NCBI GenBank assembly: GCA_015522635.1
Contig: WALW01000010.1
Location: 14,640 to 78,639, forward strand
Length of the DNA: 64,000 nucleotides
DNA from: Candidatus Tiamatella incendiivivens
Lineage (GTDB): Archaea > Thermoproteota > Thermoprotei_A > Sulfolobales > Acidilobaceae
Direction: 5' to 3'
The notes under the pieces were generated by a model, which was not told the origin of the DNA, made no database searches, and worked only from the letters and a program-made list of their open reading frames with translations. Positions 28,206 to 38,398 of this stretch are shown piece after piece. Each line of letters starts with the position of its first letter. Position 1 is the first letter of the stretch. Both the position numbers and the translations under genes were made by a program.

Positions 28206-30254
28206 ATGGCTGGAACTAATATTGTATGGATACATCACTTCTGGCATACGGAGGATCTAGAGCCAATAGTATATATTTTGGCCACATTAGCAGTAATTGG
28301 AATCCTATACGGTTTCTATAAGCACTACAAGCTCTGGACTTACGGAGGCCAGAAAATACCGTTTAACCAGCTGGGTAAAAGGACTTGGAATCTCGTTAAA
28401 TATGCTCTTTTACAGTATAAGGTGATAATGAAGCCTTGGGCTGGGACTATACATCTTCTCATATACCTAGGTATGGCATGGCTTCTGATAGCAACCTTGT
28501 TGAGAGCAGTAGACCTCCATGTGGTTAATATACTAACTGGAGATGTTTACAAAACCTATAAGCTACTCAACAACCTAGCAGGCCTATCAGTTATAGTGGG
28601 AAGCATTCTCGCTATAATAAGAAGGGCAAGCGGCCAAGACAACTTGCCGCAGGATAAAGTATACTATGTAATACACTTATCCTTCCTAACAATAGCGACG
28701 ACAGGCCTCTTCTTAACAGGTATGAATGATGCTGGCTATAGAATTGCGGAGGGAGCTTCGAGCCCTTACTTTGACCCGGTAGGATACCTTATTGGGAAGT
28801 GGATGCTAGGCGTGAGTACATCGACACTAATTCTCGCGTATAGAATAACTTGGGTTACACATCTAACTATCGTAATGGCTACTTTAGCAACGCTTCCCTG
28901 GACTAATCTATGGCATATACTCGCTGGAAGTGCAAACGTTGCCTATACTAGGGAGAGTATGGTTGATTTCGTGGAGATCGAGGATATAGAGAAGAAAGTT
29001 GATGAAGGAGAAACGTTTGGAATAGTCAAGCTGGCGGATACAAGCTGGAAGCAGAGAATGGATTATGACGCTTGTACAAGCTGTATGAGATGTACTAACG
29101 CCTGTCCAGCTTTTAACGGTGGTAAACCGCTCTCGCCGAGGGACTTGTTAATCACTATGAGAAACCTTATGCTAGAAGGTAAGTGGGATGACAAAGTAAT
29201 CGGGGATGATGAAGGTAAAATACATCCAGATACCGTATGGAGTTGTGTTACATGTGGTGCGTGTATCTATCAGTGCCCCGTATTGAACAACCATGTTGAT
29301 ACGATCCTTAACCTCAGGAGAGGACTAGTCAGTGAGTATAGCATACTGGAAAGCGAGGAGGCCGAGAAGGCTATACCTGAGGATGCTAGGAACGCCCTCT
29401 ACAATATGATGCAAATGGGTAATCCCTTCGGATTTAACCCTGCTGACAGGGAGGACTGGATTAACGAGCTAGCAGGGAAATTTGGAGATGATATTATAGC
29501 ACAGCCGGATGAAGAATATGACTACCTATACTGGATAGGATGTGTGACGAGCTATGATCCTAGGATCAGGCCTGTAGCTGAGAGCTTGATAAAGATCCTG
29601 AAGAAAGTGGGGTATAAGGTTGGTGTCATAACGGATGAGGCATGCTGCGGGGAGCCGGCGAGGAGAATGGGGGACGAATTCCTTTTCAGCGAAACAGCTA
29701 AACAGAACCAGGAGATACTAGGTCAATACAAATTCAAGAAACTACTGGTCTCATGCCCACATGGATACCACGTATTCAAGAATGAATACAGGAAATACGG
29801 TATAAACCTAGAAGTTGAGCATCACTCAATACTACTTGCCCGCCTAATAAAGGAAGGGAAGATCAAGCCAAGCAAAGAAGTTAGAATAGCATTAACATAT
29901 CACGATCCCTGCTATCTTGGAAGATGGAACGGCCACTTCGACGAACCTAGAGCGGTGATAAAGAGCATACCAGGCGTAGAGCTGAAGGAAATGCCTAGAA
30001 ACCGTGAAAACAGCTTCTGCTGCGGTGGCGGAGGAGGTCAGATGTTTTACGAGATCAAACAAGGAGAGAGGCTGGCTACTATAAGAGCAAAGGAGGCGAG
30101 TGAGACCGGTGCTAAGGTAGTGGCTGTAGCTTGCCCATACTGTAATACAATGTTCAGAGCGGAAGTAGATCAGTTCGGCATGGAGGTCAAGGACATAGCT
30201 GAAATACTGGCAGAATCACTTGAGGATGCTGGGGGAGAATCCGGCAGCCAATAA
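28206..30254 (+). CDS. Fused membrane cytochrome-b-like (NarI/DsrM-type) domain + 2x[4Fe-4S] ferredoxin + HdrD/DsrK-type CCG-domain oxidoreductase
   Basis: The N-terminal ~250 aa hold 5-6 TM helices with His in four of them (TIHLLIY, YVIHLSF, WVTHLTI, LWHILAG). Then come CTSCMRCTNACP and CVTCGACIYQCP, followed by CCG motifs EACCGEP and SFCCGGGGG. Confidence 0.75.
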   Translation: MAGTNIVWIHHFWHTEDLEPIVYILATLAVIGILYGFYKHYKLWTYGGQKIPFNQLGKRTWNLVKYALLQYKVIMKPWAGTIHLLIYLGMAWLLIATLLRAVDLHVVNILTGDVYKTYKLLNNLAGLSVIVGSILAIIRRASGQDNLPQDKVYYVIHLSFLTIATTGLFLTGMNDAGYRIAEGASSPYFDPVGYLIGKWMLGVSTSTLILAYRITWVTHLTIVMATLATLPWTNLWHILAGSANVAYTRESMVDFVEIEDIEKKVDEGETFGIVKLADTSWKQRMDYDACTSCMRCTNACPAFNGGKPLSPRDLLITMRNLMLEGKWDDKVIGDDEGKIHPDTVWSCVTCGACIYQCPVLNNHVDTILNLRRGLVSEYSILESEEAEKAIPEDARNALYNMMQMGNPFGFNPADREDWINELAGKFGDDIIAQPDEEYDYLYWIGCVTSYDPRIRPVAESLIKILKKVGYKVGVITDEACCGEPARRMGDEFLFSETAKQNQEILGQYKFKKLLVSCPHGYHVFKNEYRKYGINLEVEHHSILLARLIKEGKIKPSKEVRIALTYHDPCYLGRWNGHFDEPRAVIKSIPGVELKEMPRNRENSFCCGGGGGQMFYEIKQGERLATIRAKEASETGAKVVAVACPYCNTMFRAEVDQFGMEVKDIAEILAESLEDAGGESGSQ

Positions 30255-30344
30255 TGAAACCCTAATTTTTAACTTCGCATACATCTTTCCAGGTCTTTAA
30301 CCTATAAACTAGAATGTACATTCATATTATTTGGTGACCACTTA

Positions 30345-31277
30345 TTGGATGATCTCCTAGTTAAGCCTGGAACACACCTTATGAGAGACCTGGGAGACAA
30401 AAGGGTATCGAACAAGCTGGATTCACTAGAGAATTCTAATATAGTATTGGTTGGAGTTCCTTGGGACTGGAATGTAACTGGGAGACCTGGATCAAGGTTC
30501 TCCCCTCAAACCGTAAGGAAATACTTGTACTCGCTAACAACGTTCCACCCCATATTAGGAGACTTCGACTGTGAAATATATGACGCTGGGGATATTCGCA
30601 TAGCTTCTGGGGATTGGAGTACTAGTAGGGAAAGAATAACTAGTGTAATGAAGAAACTATTCACATACAATGATAAAACTATGGTTATCATAGGTGGGGA
30701 TCATAGTATAACAGGAGCAGTACTACGCGGATTACTAGAATCAGGTAAAGTCGGTTTACTATTCTTCGACGCCCACTACGATATGAGAAAGCTAGAGGAA
30801 GGATACAGTAGTGGTACATGGCTCAGGGAATTATACGGGAAGTATGGCTCGAATAACTTGAAAACAGCCCTAGTAGGTGTCCTAGAATACAGTAATCCAC
30901 CCTACCTTGCCGAGCTAGCTGTTAAATACGGTGTGAAAACAACCAGTCTCAATGATATCCTTCGAGACGGGATGAAGCCGGCATTCAAAGCAGTCGACTG
31001 GTTAGCCGATGAAAAACTAGACTACTATTATATAAGCGTAGATATGGATCATCTGGATCAGGCATACGCTCCCGGGGTTAATGCACCGTCACCTATAGGA
31101 ATGAACCCCAGGGAAACGCTAGCCATCCTCGAATATGCTGTTAAGAAATTGAATCCGAGAGGAATAGACTTCACTGAAGTATCCCCTCTTGTCGACTTAA
31201 ACGATATAACTAGCAGGTTGACTGCTAGTTTAGTAATGCATGCTATGCATTTCATCTGCAGAGGTAGTATAGGTTGA
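30345..31277 (+). CDS. hutG: Arginase-family hydrolase, by context formimidoylglutamase
   Basis: Mn-binding blocks GGDHSIT, FDAHYD, SVDMDHLD. ATGA-type overlap with hutI. Confidence 0.65.
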   Translation: MDDLLVKPGTHLMRDLGDKRVSNKLDSLENSNIVLVGVPWDWNVTGRPGSRFSPQTVRKYLYSLTTFHPILGDFDCEIYDAGDIRIASGDWSTSRERITSVMKKLFTYNDKTMVIIGGDHSITGAVLRGLLESGKVGLLFFDAHYDMRKLEEGYSSGTWLRELYGKYGSNNLKTALVGVLEYSNPPYLAELAVKYGVKTTSLNDILRDGMKPAFKAVDWLADEKLDYYYISVDMDHLDQAYAPGVNAPSPIGMNPRETLAILEYAVKKLNPRGIDFTEVSPLVDLNDITSRLTASLVMHAMHFICRGSIG

Positions 31278-32521
31278 AGGAGAAGGTAGACCTTGTCATA
31301 TATAACGTAGGGGAACTAGTAACATTCAATAATACCGTTCCTGGAGATGTATCTGAGGAGAATGCTGGGATACTAAGGGACGCGTCTATAGCGGTGAAAA
31401 ACGGGGTAATATGGGATGTGGGTGATACTGATGAGCTGCTTGGAAAATACGTGGGAGAACTAGTAGATGCTCAAGGCAACCTTGTTACTCCAGGGTTAAT
31501 AGATACACATACCCACATGGTTTTCGCTGGAAGCCGGGAGGACGAATTTGAGTATAAAATAATGGGTTTGAGCTATGAGGAAATCCTAGGAAAGGGAGGC
31601 GGTATTTATAGGACTGTTAACGCTACCCACCAAGCCACAGTAGACGAGCTTGTCTTGAGGGGGCTAGAGATTCTAGGTGAAATGATTCAGCATGGATCAA
31701 CAGTAGTTGAGATCAAGGGAGGATACGGTCTTGACTTGGATGGGGAAATTAAAATAATGGAAGCTGCTAATATAATTTCCACAAAAACTCCTGCGGGAAT
31801 AATTCCGACAATGCAAGCCCATGTAATTCCATGTGAATATAAGAATGACCGGAAAGCATACATAGATTACTATGTAAACAAAATGCTAGTAGAGGCGTCG
31901 GAAAGAAAACTGGCTGTGTACTCTGACGTCTTCTGCGACAAAGGAGCATTCACACCCAGTGAAACCAAGTATATACTAGAGGAGAGCCTCAAACTAGGAT
32001 TCAAACTAAGGATCCATGCAGACCAGCTCGCATATATAGGCTGTAGCAAGATAGCAGGGGATCTTCCCGTAGATGCCATGGATCACTTAGACTATATGCC
32101 ACCAGAGAATGCTAGGATATTAGCTCATAAGGGTGTTGCAGCCGGATTGACCCCTACGTCTGAACTAGCTATGTTCTCAACGGGGCATCCGCCGGTTGAG
32201 GAGTTAAGGAAATTGAAAGTCCCTATCGCGTTGGGAACGGATTATAACCCTAATAACATGACACCTAACATCCAACTGGTAATGGATTTAGCGACATACA
32301 AGTACAGATTAACTCCCTTAGAAGCCCTAGCCGGTGCTACGGTAAATGCTGCATACAGTCTGAGGATCCATGATTCCAGAGGCAGGATTAGGAAAGGATA
32401 TAGAGCAGATATCGTGATCTGGAGGATTCCAAGTCACAGGTGGATAGGGTATCTGTGGGGAGTGAATAAGGTTGAAAAAGTCTATGTATCTGGAAAAGAG
32501 GTATGGAGGAGGAATTATTGA
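31274..32521 (+). CDS. hutI: Imidazolonepropionase
   Basis: [49 protein letters not shown]. Confidence 0.85.
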   Translation: MKEKVDLVIYNVGELVTFNNTVPGDVSEENAGILRDASIAVKNGVIWDVGDTDELLGKYVGELVDAQGNLVTPGLIDTHTHMVFAGSREDEFEYKIMGLSYEEILGKGGGIYRTVNATHQATVDELVLRGLEILGEMIQHGSTVVEIKGGYGLDLDGEIKIMEAANIISTKTPAGIIPTMQAHVIPCEYKNDRKAYIDYYVNKMLVEASERKLAVYSDVFCDKGAFTPSETKYILEESLKLGFKLRIHADQLAYIGCSKIAGDLPVDAMDHLDYMPPENARILAHKGVAAGLTPTSELAMFSTGHPPVEELRKLKVPIALGTDYNPNNMTPNIQLVMDLATYKYRLTPLEALAGATVNAAYSLRIHDSRGRIRKGYRADIVIWRIPSHRWIGYLWGVNKVEKVYVSGKEVWRRNY

Positions 32522-34236
32522 CTTTTCTTCTTATCCATATATTCTATGTAAGGTAGCTTTACACCCTTCTCGCGGGCTATCCTTATAGACTTCTCGTAAC
32601 CCGCGTTTGCATGTCTCATTATACCGCTCCCAGGGTCAGTAGTGAATACTCTCCCGGCACGGATGTCCATTTCTTCACTTCCATCAAGCACAACGCTTAA
32701 TCCTGCGTGAATACTGTAACCTACGCCGACTCCGCCACCATGGTGTACTGCAACCCAGGTTGCTCCCGCTACAGCATTCAGCAGAGCATTGAGGAGAGGC
32801 CAATCCGCTATAGCATCACTACCATCCTTCATTCCCTCCGTCTCTCTATACGGGCTTGCGACACTACCACTATCCAAGTGGTCTCTACCTACCCATACCG
32901 GCCCTGAGAGCTCTCCACGTCTTACCATGTTATTAACTATTTTAGCCCACCTGCCCCTCTCACCATATCCAAGCCAGCATACTCGGGCGGGTAGTCCTTG
33001 GAATTTAACGTATTTACGGGCTTTCCCAATCCACCTAGTTAGCTCTTTATTATAGCTGAACTCGCTGAGTATCATGTCATCTATCTTGTATATATCATTG
33101 GGGTCTCCGACGAGGCTCGTCCACCTGAATGGGCCTCTTCCTTCCTCGAATAACGGTCTAATATATGCTACAACGAAGCCAGGGTACTCGAATGCATCCT
33201 TGAACCCTGCATCGTACGCTCTTTTCCTTATATTGTTCCCATACTCGAATGCAATACTTCCACGCCTCTTCATCTCAACAATCGCTTCCACTTGCTTCTC
33301 CATGCTCTCCATACTCATCTCAGTATACTTCTCCGGGTTCTCTTCCCTCAGCACTGCTGCTTCCCCAACAGTGAGGCCTTCCGGTACGTATGCGAGAGGA
33401 TCGTGTGCAGGGGTCTGGTCAGTAACTATATCTGGTATGATGGCATTCTTAACAAGCTGATAGTAAACTGTCGCAGCGTTCCCTAGCAAGCCTATGCTGA
33501 GAGGCTCCCTTTTCTCCTTCGCTTTAAACGCCATATCTAGTGCTTTGTCTAGGCTATCCGTCCAAGTATTAAGCTGGCTCAGCTTTAACCTTCTCTCAAT
33601 CATTCTTTTATCGACTTCGACATCAATCACGACACCACCATTCATAGTTACTGCTAACGGTTGAGCACCGCCCATTTCCCCTAATCCTGCTGTTAAAACT
33701 AACTTGCCTTCCAGGGTTCCATCATAATGGGACTTGGCTACTGTAGCGAACGTCTCGTATGTTCCTTGAAGTATTCCCTGCGTTCCTATATAGTTCCAGC
33801 TGCCAGCAGTCATTTGCCCATACATTATAAGGCCTTTTGCCTCCAACTCTCTGAAGTACTCCCAAGTAGCCCATTTAGGTACAAGGTTACTGTTAGCTAT
33901 GAGTACTCTTGGCGAATGCCTGTGCGTCCTGAATATTCCTGCTGCACGGCCGCTTTGGACGAGCAGAGTCTCATCATCTTCCAAGGATAGAAGGGCTTCA
34001 ACTATTGCCTCGAAATCACCCCAGCTTCTAACTGCCCTCCCAGTCCCACCGTATACTATAAGGTTCTTAGTGTCCTTAGCGACCATAGGGTCTAGTACAT
34101 TGAATAACATACGGAGAGCTCCTTCTATCTGCCAACTGGCAGTGTGGAGTTCAGGTCCAGTGATTATATTTACTGTCCTGGCTTCAGGGTCATAGAATCC
34201 TTGTGAGATGAGGTCTTCTAATGTTGAGTGTGGCAA
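32515..34236 (-). CDS. hutU: Urocanate hydratase
   Basis: 573 aa with [54 protein letters not shown] start. Confidence 0.9.
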   Translation of the reverse strand: MPHSTLEDLISQGFYDPEARTVNIITGPELHTASWQIEGALRMLFNVLDPMVAKDTKNLIVYGGTGRAVRSWGDFEAIVEALLSLEDDETLLVQSGRAAGIFRTHRHSPRVLIANSNLVPKWATWEYFRELEAKGLIMYGQMTAGSWNYIGTQGILQGTYETFATVAKSHYDGTLEGKLVLTAGLGEMGGAQPLAVTMNGGVVIDVEVDKRMIERRLKLSQLNTWTDSLDKALDMAFKAKEKREPLSIGLLGNAATVYYQLVKNAIIPDIVTDQTPAHDPLAYVPEGLTVGEAAVLREENPEKYTEMSMESMEKQVEAIVEMKRRGSIAFEYGNNIRKRAYDAGFKDAFEYPGFVVAYIRPLFEEGRGPFRWTSLVGDPNDIYKIDDMILSEFSYNKELTRWIGKARKYVKFQGLPARVCWLGYGERGRWAKIVNNMVRRGELSGPVWVGRDHLDSGSVASPYRETEGMKDGSDAIADWPLLNALLNAVAGATWVAVHHGGGVGVGYSIHAGLSVVLDGSEEMDIRAGRVFTTDPGSGIMRHANAGYEKSIRIAREKGVKLPYIEYMDKKKSQ

Positions 34237-34242
34237 GAATTA

Positions 34243-34266
34243 TCACCAATAATAGATTATCGGTGA
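34243..34266. promoter_or_regulatory. 11-2-11 near-perfect palindrome TCACCAATAAT-AG-ATTATCGGTGA just upstream of the hutU start
   Basis: Read directly: one mismatch between the arms. It lies 7-30 nt upstream of the hutU TTG, between an AAAATATAAT TATA-like element and the start codon. Confidence 0.35.
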
Positions 34267-34304
34267 CTTGGAGAATTATATTTTTGTGAAAGGTAGTTGG
34301 GGAA

Positions 34305-35240
34305 TTATTTCCGGTTTTCTTTAAGTGAGAGGCAGACTGTGTCACCGGCTAACTCGTCTAGTATATATAGCAGGTCTTCTGTTTTAGCTTTGAGGTCAGG
34401 GTATCTCTCTGCATTTTCAGCCATGAGGTTGTTTACCTTCCTCCTTATCCCTTGGTATAAATGTATTCTTTTAAGGCTCTCTGACAAGTAGCTTCCTACT
34501 GCTTCCCTGAACGCTATGATAGTTTTACTAATTATAGACCACGCCGTTTCGTCTCCCTGGTATCTAGCTGCTATCCAGGCTAGACCTGACATAATTCTCG
34601 GGAGAACGCCGAGTATTGATGAAGCGGAGTGCCTGGACATTCTGTCTCCCTCTCTTACAGATGTTTGCGAGCATGTTTTGTTTATTGATAATCTATAGAA
34701 GTTGTGGAGCCTGTCTAGGGTTCCGAGTGTTTCCTCTATTCTATTATTGTCTACTCTACCCGTTTCATACGAGTCTCTTATCGTCTCGACTAGGTTCTGG
34801 TATTCTACGAATATTCTCCTAAGATATTTCTGCGGATCTGTTCCATCGTCTCTGAATCCTATTACGACGGTATTATACTCTTCCCGCACGCCTGCTACAT
34901 AAGATAGTTTTTCAGCGATTCCAATTATATCCTCCGGCTTCTGATAGCTGGCGGCATACTCTATTCTTATAGAATTATACCCATTCAAATACGCGCACTT
35001 AATCATCCTTTCCAAACCAAGCTCTTTAACGTTCTTGGTATACTTTGTAGTTACCTGCTCCTTAATACAAGGCTTCCTACTGCTTCCAGGTAATATCTTC
35101 AAGTGGCCTCCTTCATCCACCATGTATATAGGATCCCCAGGCTTCAGATTGTTCTTCCTAGCCCAGTTTTTGGGAAGCGTAACGACCAAGCTACTGCTAC
35201 CCAGTCTCTGTATTTTCCTCGTTTCAACCACGAGTGTCAA
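34305..35240 (-). CDS. AbrB/SpoVT-domain + PhoU-like regulator
   Basis: The N-terminus RKIQRLGSSSLVVTLPKNWARKNNLKPGDPIYM looks like a SpoVT/AbrB swapped-hairpin, followed by ~250 aa of helical PhoU-like repeats. This architecture is common in archaea. Confidence 0.55.
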   Translation of the reverse strand: MTLVVETRKIQRLGSSSLVVTLPKNWARKNNLKPGDPIYMVDEGGHLKILPGSSRKPCIKEQVTTKYTKNVKELGLERMIKCAYLNGYNSIRIEYAASYQKPEDIIGIAEKLSYVAGVREEYNTVVIGFRDDGTDPQKYLRRIFVEYQNLVETIRDSYETGRVDNNRIEETLGTLDRLHNFYRLSINKTCSQTSVREGDRMSRHSASSILGVLPRIMSGLAWIAARYQGDETAWSIISKTIIAFREAVGSYLSESLKRIHLYQGIRRKVNNLMAENAERYPDLKAKTEDLLYILDELAGDTVCLSLKENRK

Positions 35241-35311
35241 GGCTTATTCCCAAGTTACCATTGTAGCTCTACAAATAAAAGTTTAACTCATGTTAAATAT
35301 CTAATAGAGAA

Positions 35312-36208
35312 CTAAAAACTCTCCCATCCACCCGAGCCTTCGAAACCAGATAATACAACACCTGGCTCTCCCTTCCCGGCAAGACCCACAACCCTACAAG
35401 CCCACATACCAGAAGCGAACCCGCTACAGTAACCGAGAAAATCATCTACACAATCATTAGAAACCAATAGAAACAAGTTGTAATCCTCCCCAACACTAAG
35501 CTTTCTCCAATCACCATCAGCAACAGACAAAGCTTCCTCGTCAAACCACAAATCGCTAACAACTAATCCAACCCCAGAACCCTCAGCTAGAAACCTCAGC
35601 GAATATAGGAAACCATCACTATTATCAATAACAGCCCTCACACACTTATGGGAAACTACGTAAGGAATCCAACTAGGAATAACTGGTCTCACACTCCACC
35701 CCATCACACTTGGAAAATCCTCAACGGACAAGCCTTCCTTATAGATATAATATGCAGCACTACCCAATCCAATAGAACCAAGCTGAATAACGGCGTCTCC
35801 AGGAGAACCTCCACTCCTATCTAAGAGCCTTCCAGCTAAACTTTTTCCTACAGCAAAAACATCTATCCAAGCATCACAACTGCACCTATTGGTATCCCCG
35901 CCAACAAGTTTACCTCCATAGAAACCAACTGCTTCCCTAATCCCACGAGTTAATTCCTCGGCATTCTCCCGTGATCCCACACCTATAGAGGCAAGATAGA
36001 AGACTGGAAGACCACCAGAGGAATATACATCCGATATAGCCGACGTAACAGCCTTCCACCCTAGATCCTCTAAGGACATCCAAGGATACAATGCTTCCTC
36101 AGCAGAGTAACCGTCGACTTTGAACATCCAGCCAGACTCGTAGTAGGCGTCTGCATCTGGAATACTCAACTCTCTTAACAACCTGTATATGAACTCATGC
36201 TCACTCAA
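35312..36208 (-). CDS. thiL: AIR-synthase-related protein, ThiL-like (thiamine-monophosphate kinase)
   Basis: DLGWKAVTSAISDVYSSGGLP and YGGKLVGGDTN match the PurM/ThiL fold signatures, and the 298-aa size fits. Confidence 0.55.
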   Translation of the reverse strand: MSEHEFIYRLLRELSIPDADAYYESGWMFKVDGYSAEEALYPWMSLEDLGWKAVTSAISDVYSSGGLPVFYLASIGVGSRENAEELTRGIREAVGFYGGKLVGGDTNRCSCDAWIDVFAVGKSLAGRLLDRSGGSPGDAVIQLGSIGLGSAAYYIYKEGLSVEDFPSVMGWSVRPVIPSWIPYVVSHKCVRAVIDNSDGFLYSLRFLAEGSGVGLVVSDLWFDEEALSVADGDWRKLSVGEDYNLFLLVSNDCVDDFLGYCSGFASGMWACRVVGLAGKGEPGVVLSGFEGSGGWESF

Positions 36209-36373
36209 TCTTTACCCCAGAGAAAATATCTGGCCGGCTGTAAACTATAAACACCTAACACATCCCGAGGAATCAGATTACTTATATACCCTTCGATCCA
36301 CGCGGAGGAAAGAGCCCAAAAGTACTCCATCCAAATAAGAATCGCGGACCTATATGGGTCCAGCATATAAGAT

Positions 36374-36964
36374 GTGAAACACATGAAGAACAAGAAAATG
36401 GGAGCAATCGTTCCATTGTTACTACTTGCAGTCTTGGCTGTAGGTATGTTCGGTGGAGCAATGGCTCTCTGGTGGGAAAGACTCAACGTCGATGTAACCG
36501 TTAACACAGGATCATTAGACGCTCAATTAAGCGTTGAAGGCTCTGGTGATAACGAAATAGCCTTAGCTCAAGCAGCAGGTGAAGATGACCCAACAGTCAA
36601 AAATGTATCATACATAACTTGTACACTGGCTGAAGATGGTAATAGCATAGACATTGTAGTAGAAAACGCTTACCCTAGTATAACATACTACTGTGACATA
36701 AACCTAGAGAATACTGGTACAATACCCTTCAAGGTATACGGAACACCTACGATTGAAGGCAACATAACTAGTGTCTTAGCAAATGATAGTGGATTAGTGA
36801 ATGGTACGATCTATGATGGATTACAGATGCACCCTGGTGACATAGTATACGACACAATAGTTATACACTTAACAAACGATGCTCTAGAGAACTCAGTCTA
36901 CACTGGACATATGAACATAACCGTCGAACAGTGGAACGAATACCCTGCAACACCCCCTAGCTAA
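36374..36964 (+). CDS. Secreted TasA/camelysin-like protein with SipW-cognate-type signal peptide (paralogue 1)
   Basis: The N-terminus has a basic n-region, h-region LLLLAVLAVGMFGG, then AMALWWERLNVDVTVNTGSLD. Internal INLENTGTIPFK, C-terminal NITVEQWNEY, and 5 N-x-S/T sequons. The start could instead be ATG 36383 or 36398. Confidence 0.7.
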   Translation: MKHMKNKKMGAIVPLLLLAVLAVGMFGGAMALWWERLNVDVTVNTGSLDAQLSVEGSGDNEIALAQAAGEDDPTVKNVSYITCTLAEDGNSIDIVVENAYPSITYYCDINLENTGTIPFKVYGTPTIEGNITSVLANDSGLVNGTIYDGLQMHPGDIVYDTIVIHLTNDALENSVYTGHMNITVEQWNEYPATPPS

Positions 36965-37037
36965 TGCTAGGACATTGAGGTGAACTATTAATACTATGAG
37001 CCTGGGAAACCTGGGCTCTATTCCAAATATGGATTAG

Positions 37038-37772
37038 GTGAAAAATGAAATGAATAAAAATGAGAGAAAAGCCGCTCTACCACTAGGCTTACCGCTACTA
37101 CTAGCGCTTATACTAGCATCGATCGGCGGAGCATCAGCATTATGGTATAAAACCATGACGACAGATGTAACCGTTCATACAGGCGAGCTCGACTGGGAAT
37201 TCAGGAACAATACAGTATTCGACTCAGATCCTTGTGCGGATCCACTAGGAAATAATATGACCTGGCCTGACTCTAACGCGTTTCCTCCAAACTATAATGT
37301 AGTTATAGCTCCGGAGGGTAAGGATGTTGGATGTACAGGAATCCACTTAGCAGACATGGATGGCGACGGCGACTATGATACATTGAATGTGACACTAAAT
37401 AATGTGTACCCTTACTATGCAACTGAAGTAGACTTTAGAGTATGGAATATAGGGACTATACCGCTGAAAATATGGAGAATACAAGTCATACTAGACAACG
37501 GTACGATATACGAGTTCACTGAAGAGAACCCTAACCAGGTAGAAAATGAAGGACTATACTTAGATCTAAACAATGATACAAAACCTGACGTGCTCTTCCT
37601 ATGGGGAGACAATTTCGGGAACCAGCTTGAAACTGGGCAAAATGCAGATATCAGTCTACACATAGTAGTACTACAAACGGCCCCTCAGGGTGCAACACTG
37701 CACTTCATGATAGGATTAGACGCGGTTCAATGGAACGAATATAATGAAGTAGTCCCTCAATCGGGAACATAA
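37038..37772 (+). CDS. Secreted TasA/camelysin-like protein with SipW-cognate-type signal peptide (paralogue 2)
   Basis: LLLALILASIGGASALWYKTMTTDVTVHTGELD, FRVWNIGTIPLK, LDAVQWNEY. These are the same three motifs as in 36374..36964, with a larger insert. Confidence 0.7.
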   Translation: MKNEMNKNERKAALPLGLPLLLALILASIGGASALWYKTMTTDVTVHTGELDWEFRNNTVFDSDPCADPLGNNMTWPDSNAFPPNYNVVIAPEGKDVGCTGIHLADMDGDGDYDTLNVTLNNVYPYYATEVDFRVWNIGTIPLKIWRIQVILDNGTIYEFTEENPNQVENEGLYLDLNNDTKPDVLFLWGDNFGNQLETGQNADISLHIVVLQTAPQGATLHFMIGLDAVQWNEYNEVVPQSGT

Positions 37773-37789
37773 TCCGAAGAGGGATTAAA

Positions 37790-38398
37790 ATGAACCCTTT
37801 TTTAAAATCAATACCGGTTTATTCGCTTAAACTAGGCTTTCTTTTTGTTATTGTTATTCTAACATTAACTGTTATACCGGGAGCTTCAAGTCTTTGGTAT
37901 GAGAAGTTACACACTAACATAACAGTGAAAACAGGGGATTGGAGTCATCCAAGATCGAAGGGATATTGGTGCCATGCACTATCCTCGAGCCTCTGCGGAT
38001 GCCACGGTAATCATGGCAATAATAATGCATTTCCAACGTATTCGCAGCTTACAAATTATTTACGGGATATAGGAAATAGATCCAATGTATTTACATTCAA
38101 TGGAACTGACTTTGAGAACGTAAAAACTGCTATTCATATACTTCAGTGCTGTAATACAGGATGTAATGCCTGGAACCATAATTCAATGGAGAATAAGTTG
38201 AAAGCACAGCTTCTAGCAGTTTGGCTGAACGTAGTATCGGGCTATGGTGATGGCTACAAGCTAGATCTAGGCAACACTACAGTGCTGACTGGAGAAGAGA
38301 TAATAAATATGTCAGAGACCGCTCTTCTGAATAATAATACACCGAGTTATGAGTCATTGAAGAACATCTGTGAGGAATACAATACTAGGTGGGAATAA
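37790..38398 (+). CDS. Cys/His-rich secreted protein with the same signal-peptide type
   Basis: VIVILTLTVIPGASSLWYEKLHTNITVKTGDWS, then WCHALSSSLCGCHGNHGNNN and QCCNTGCNAWNH. It lacks the N-x-G-T and QWNEY motifs. Confidence 0.55.
   Translation: MNPFLKSIPVYSLKLGFLFVIVILTLTVIPGASSLWYEKLHTNITVKTGDWSHPRSKGYWCHALSSSLCGCHGNHGNNNAFPTYSQLTNYLRDIGNRSNVFTFNGTDFENVKTAIHILQCCNTGCNAWNHNSMENKLKAQLLAVWLNVVSGYGDGYKLDLGNTTVLTGEEIINMSETALLNNNTPSYESLKNICEEYNTRWE

Noticed and set aside
36205-36507. 100-aa minus-strand ORF bridging thiL and the first TasA-like gene
   Set aside because: It covers the promoter region and the signal-peptide-coding part of 36374..36964 in antisense. It has no motif, and the plus-strand gene has a far better rationale.
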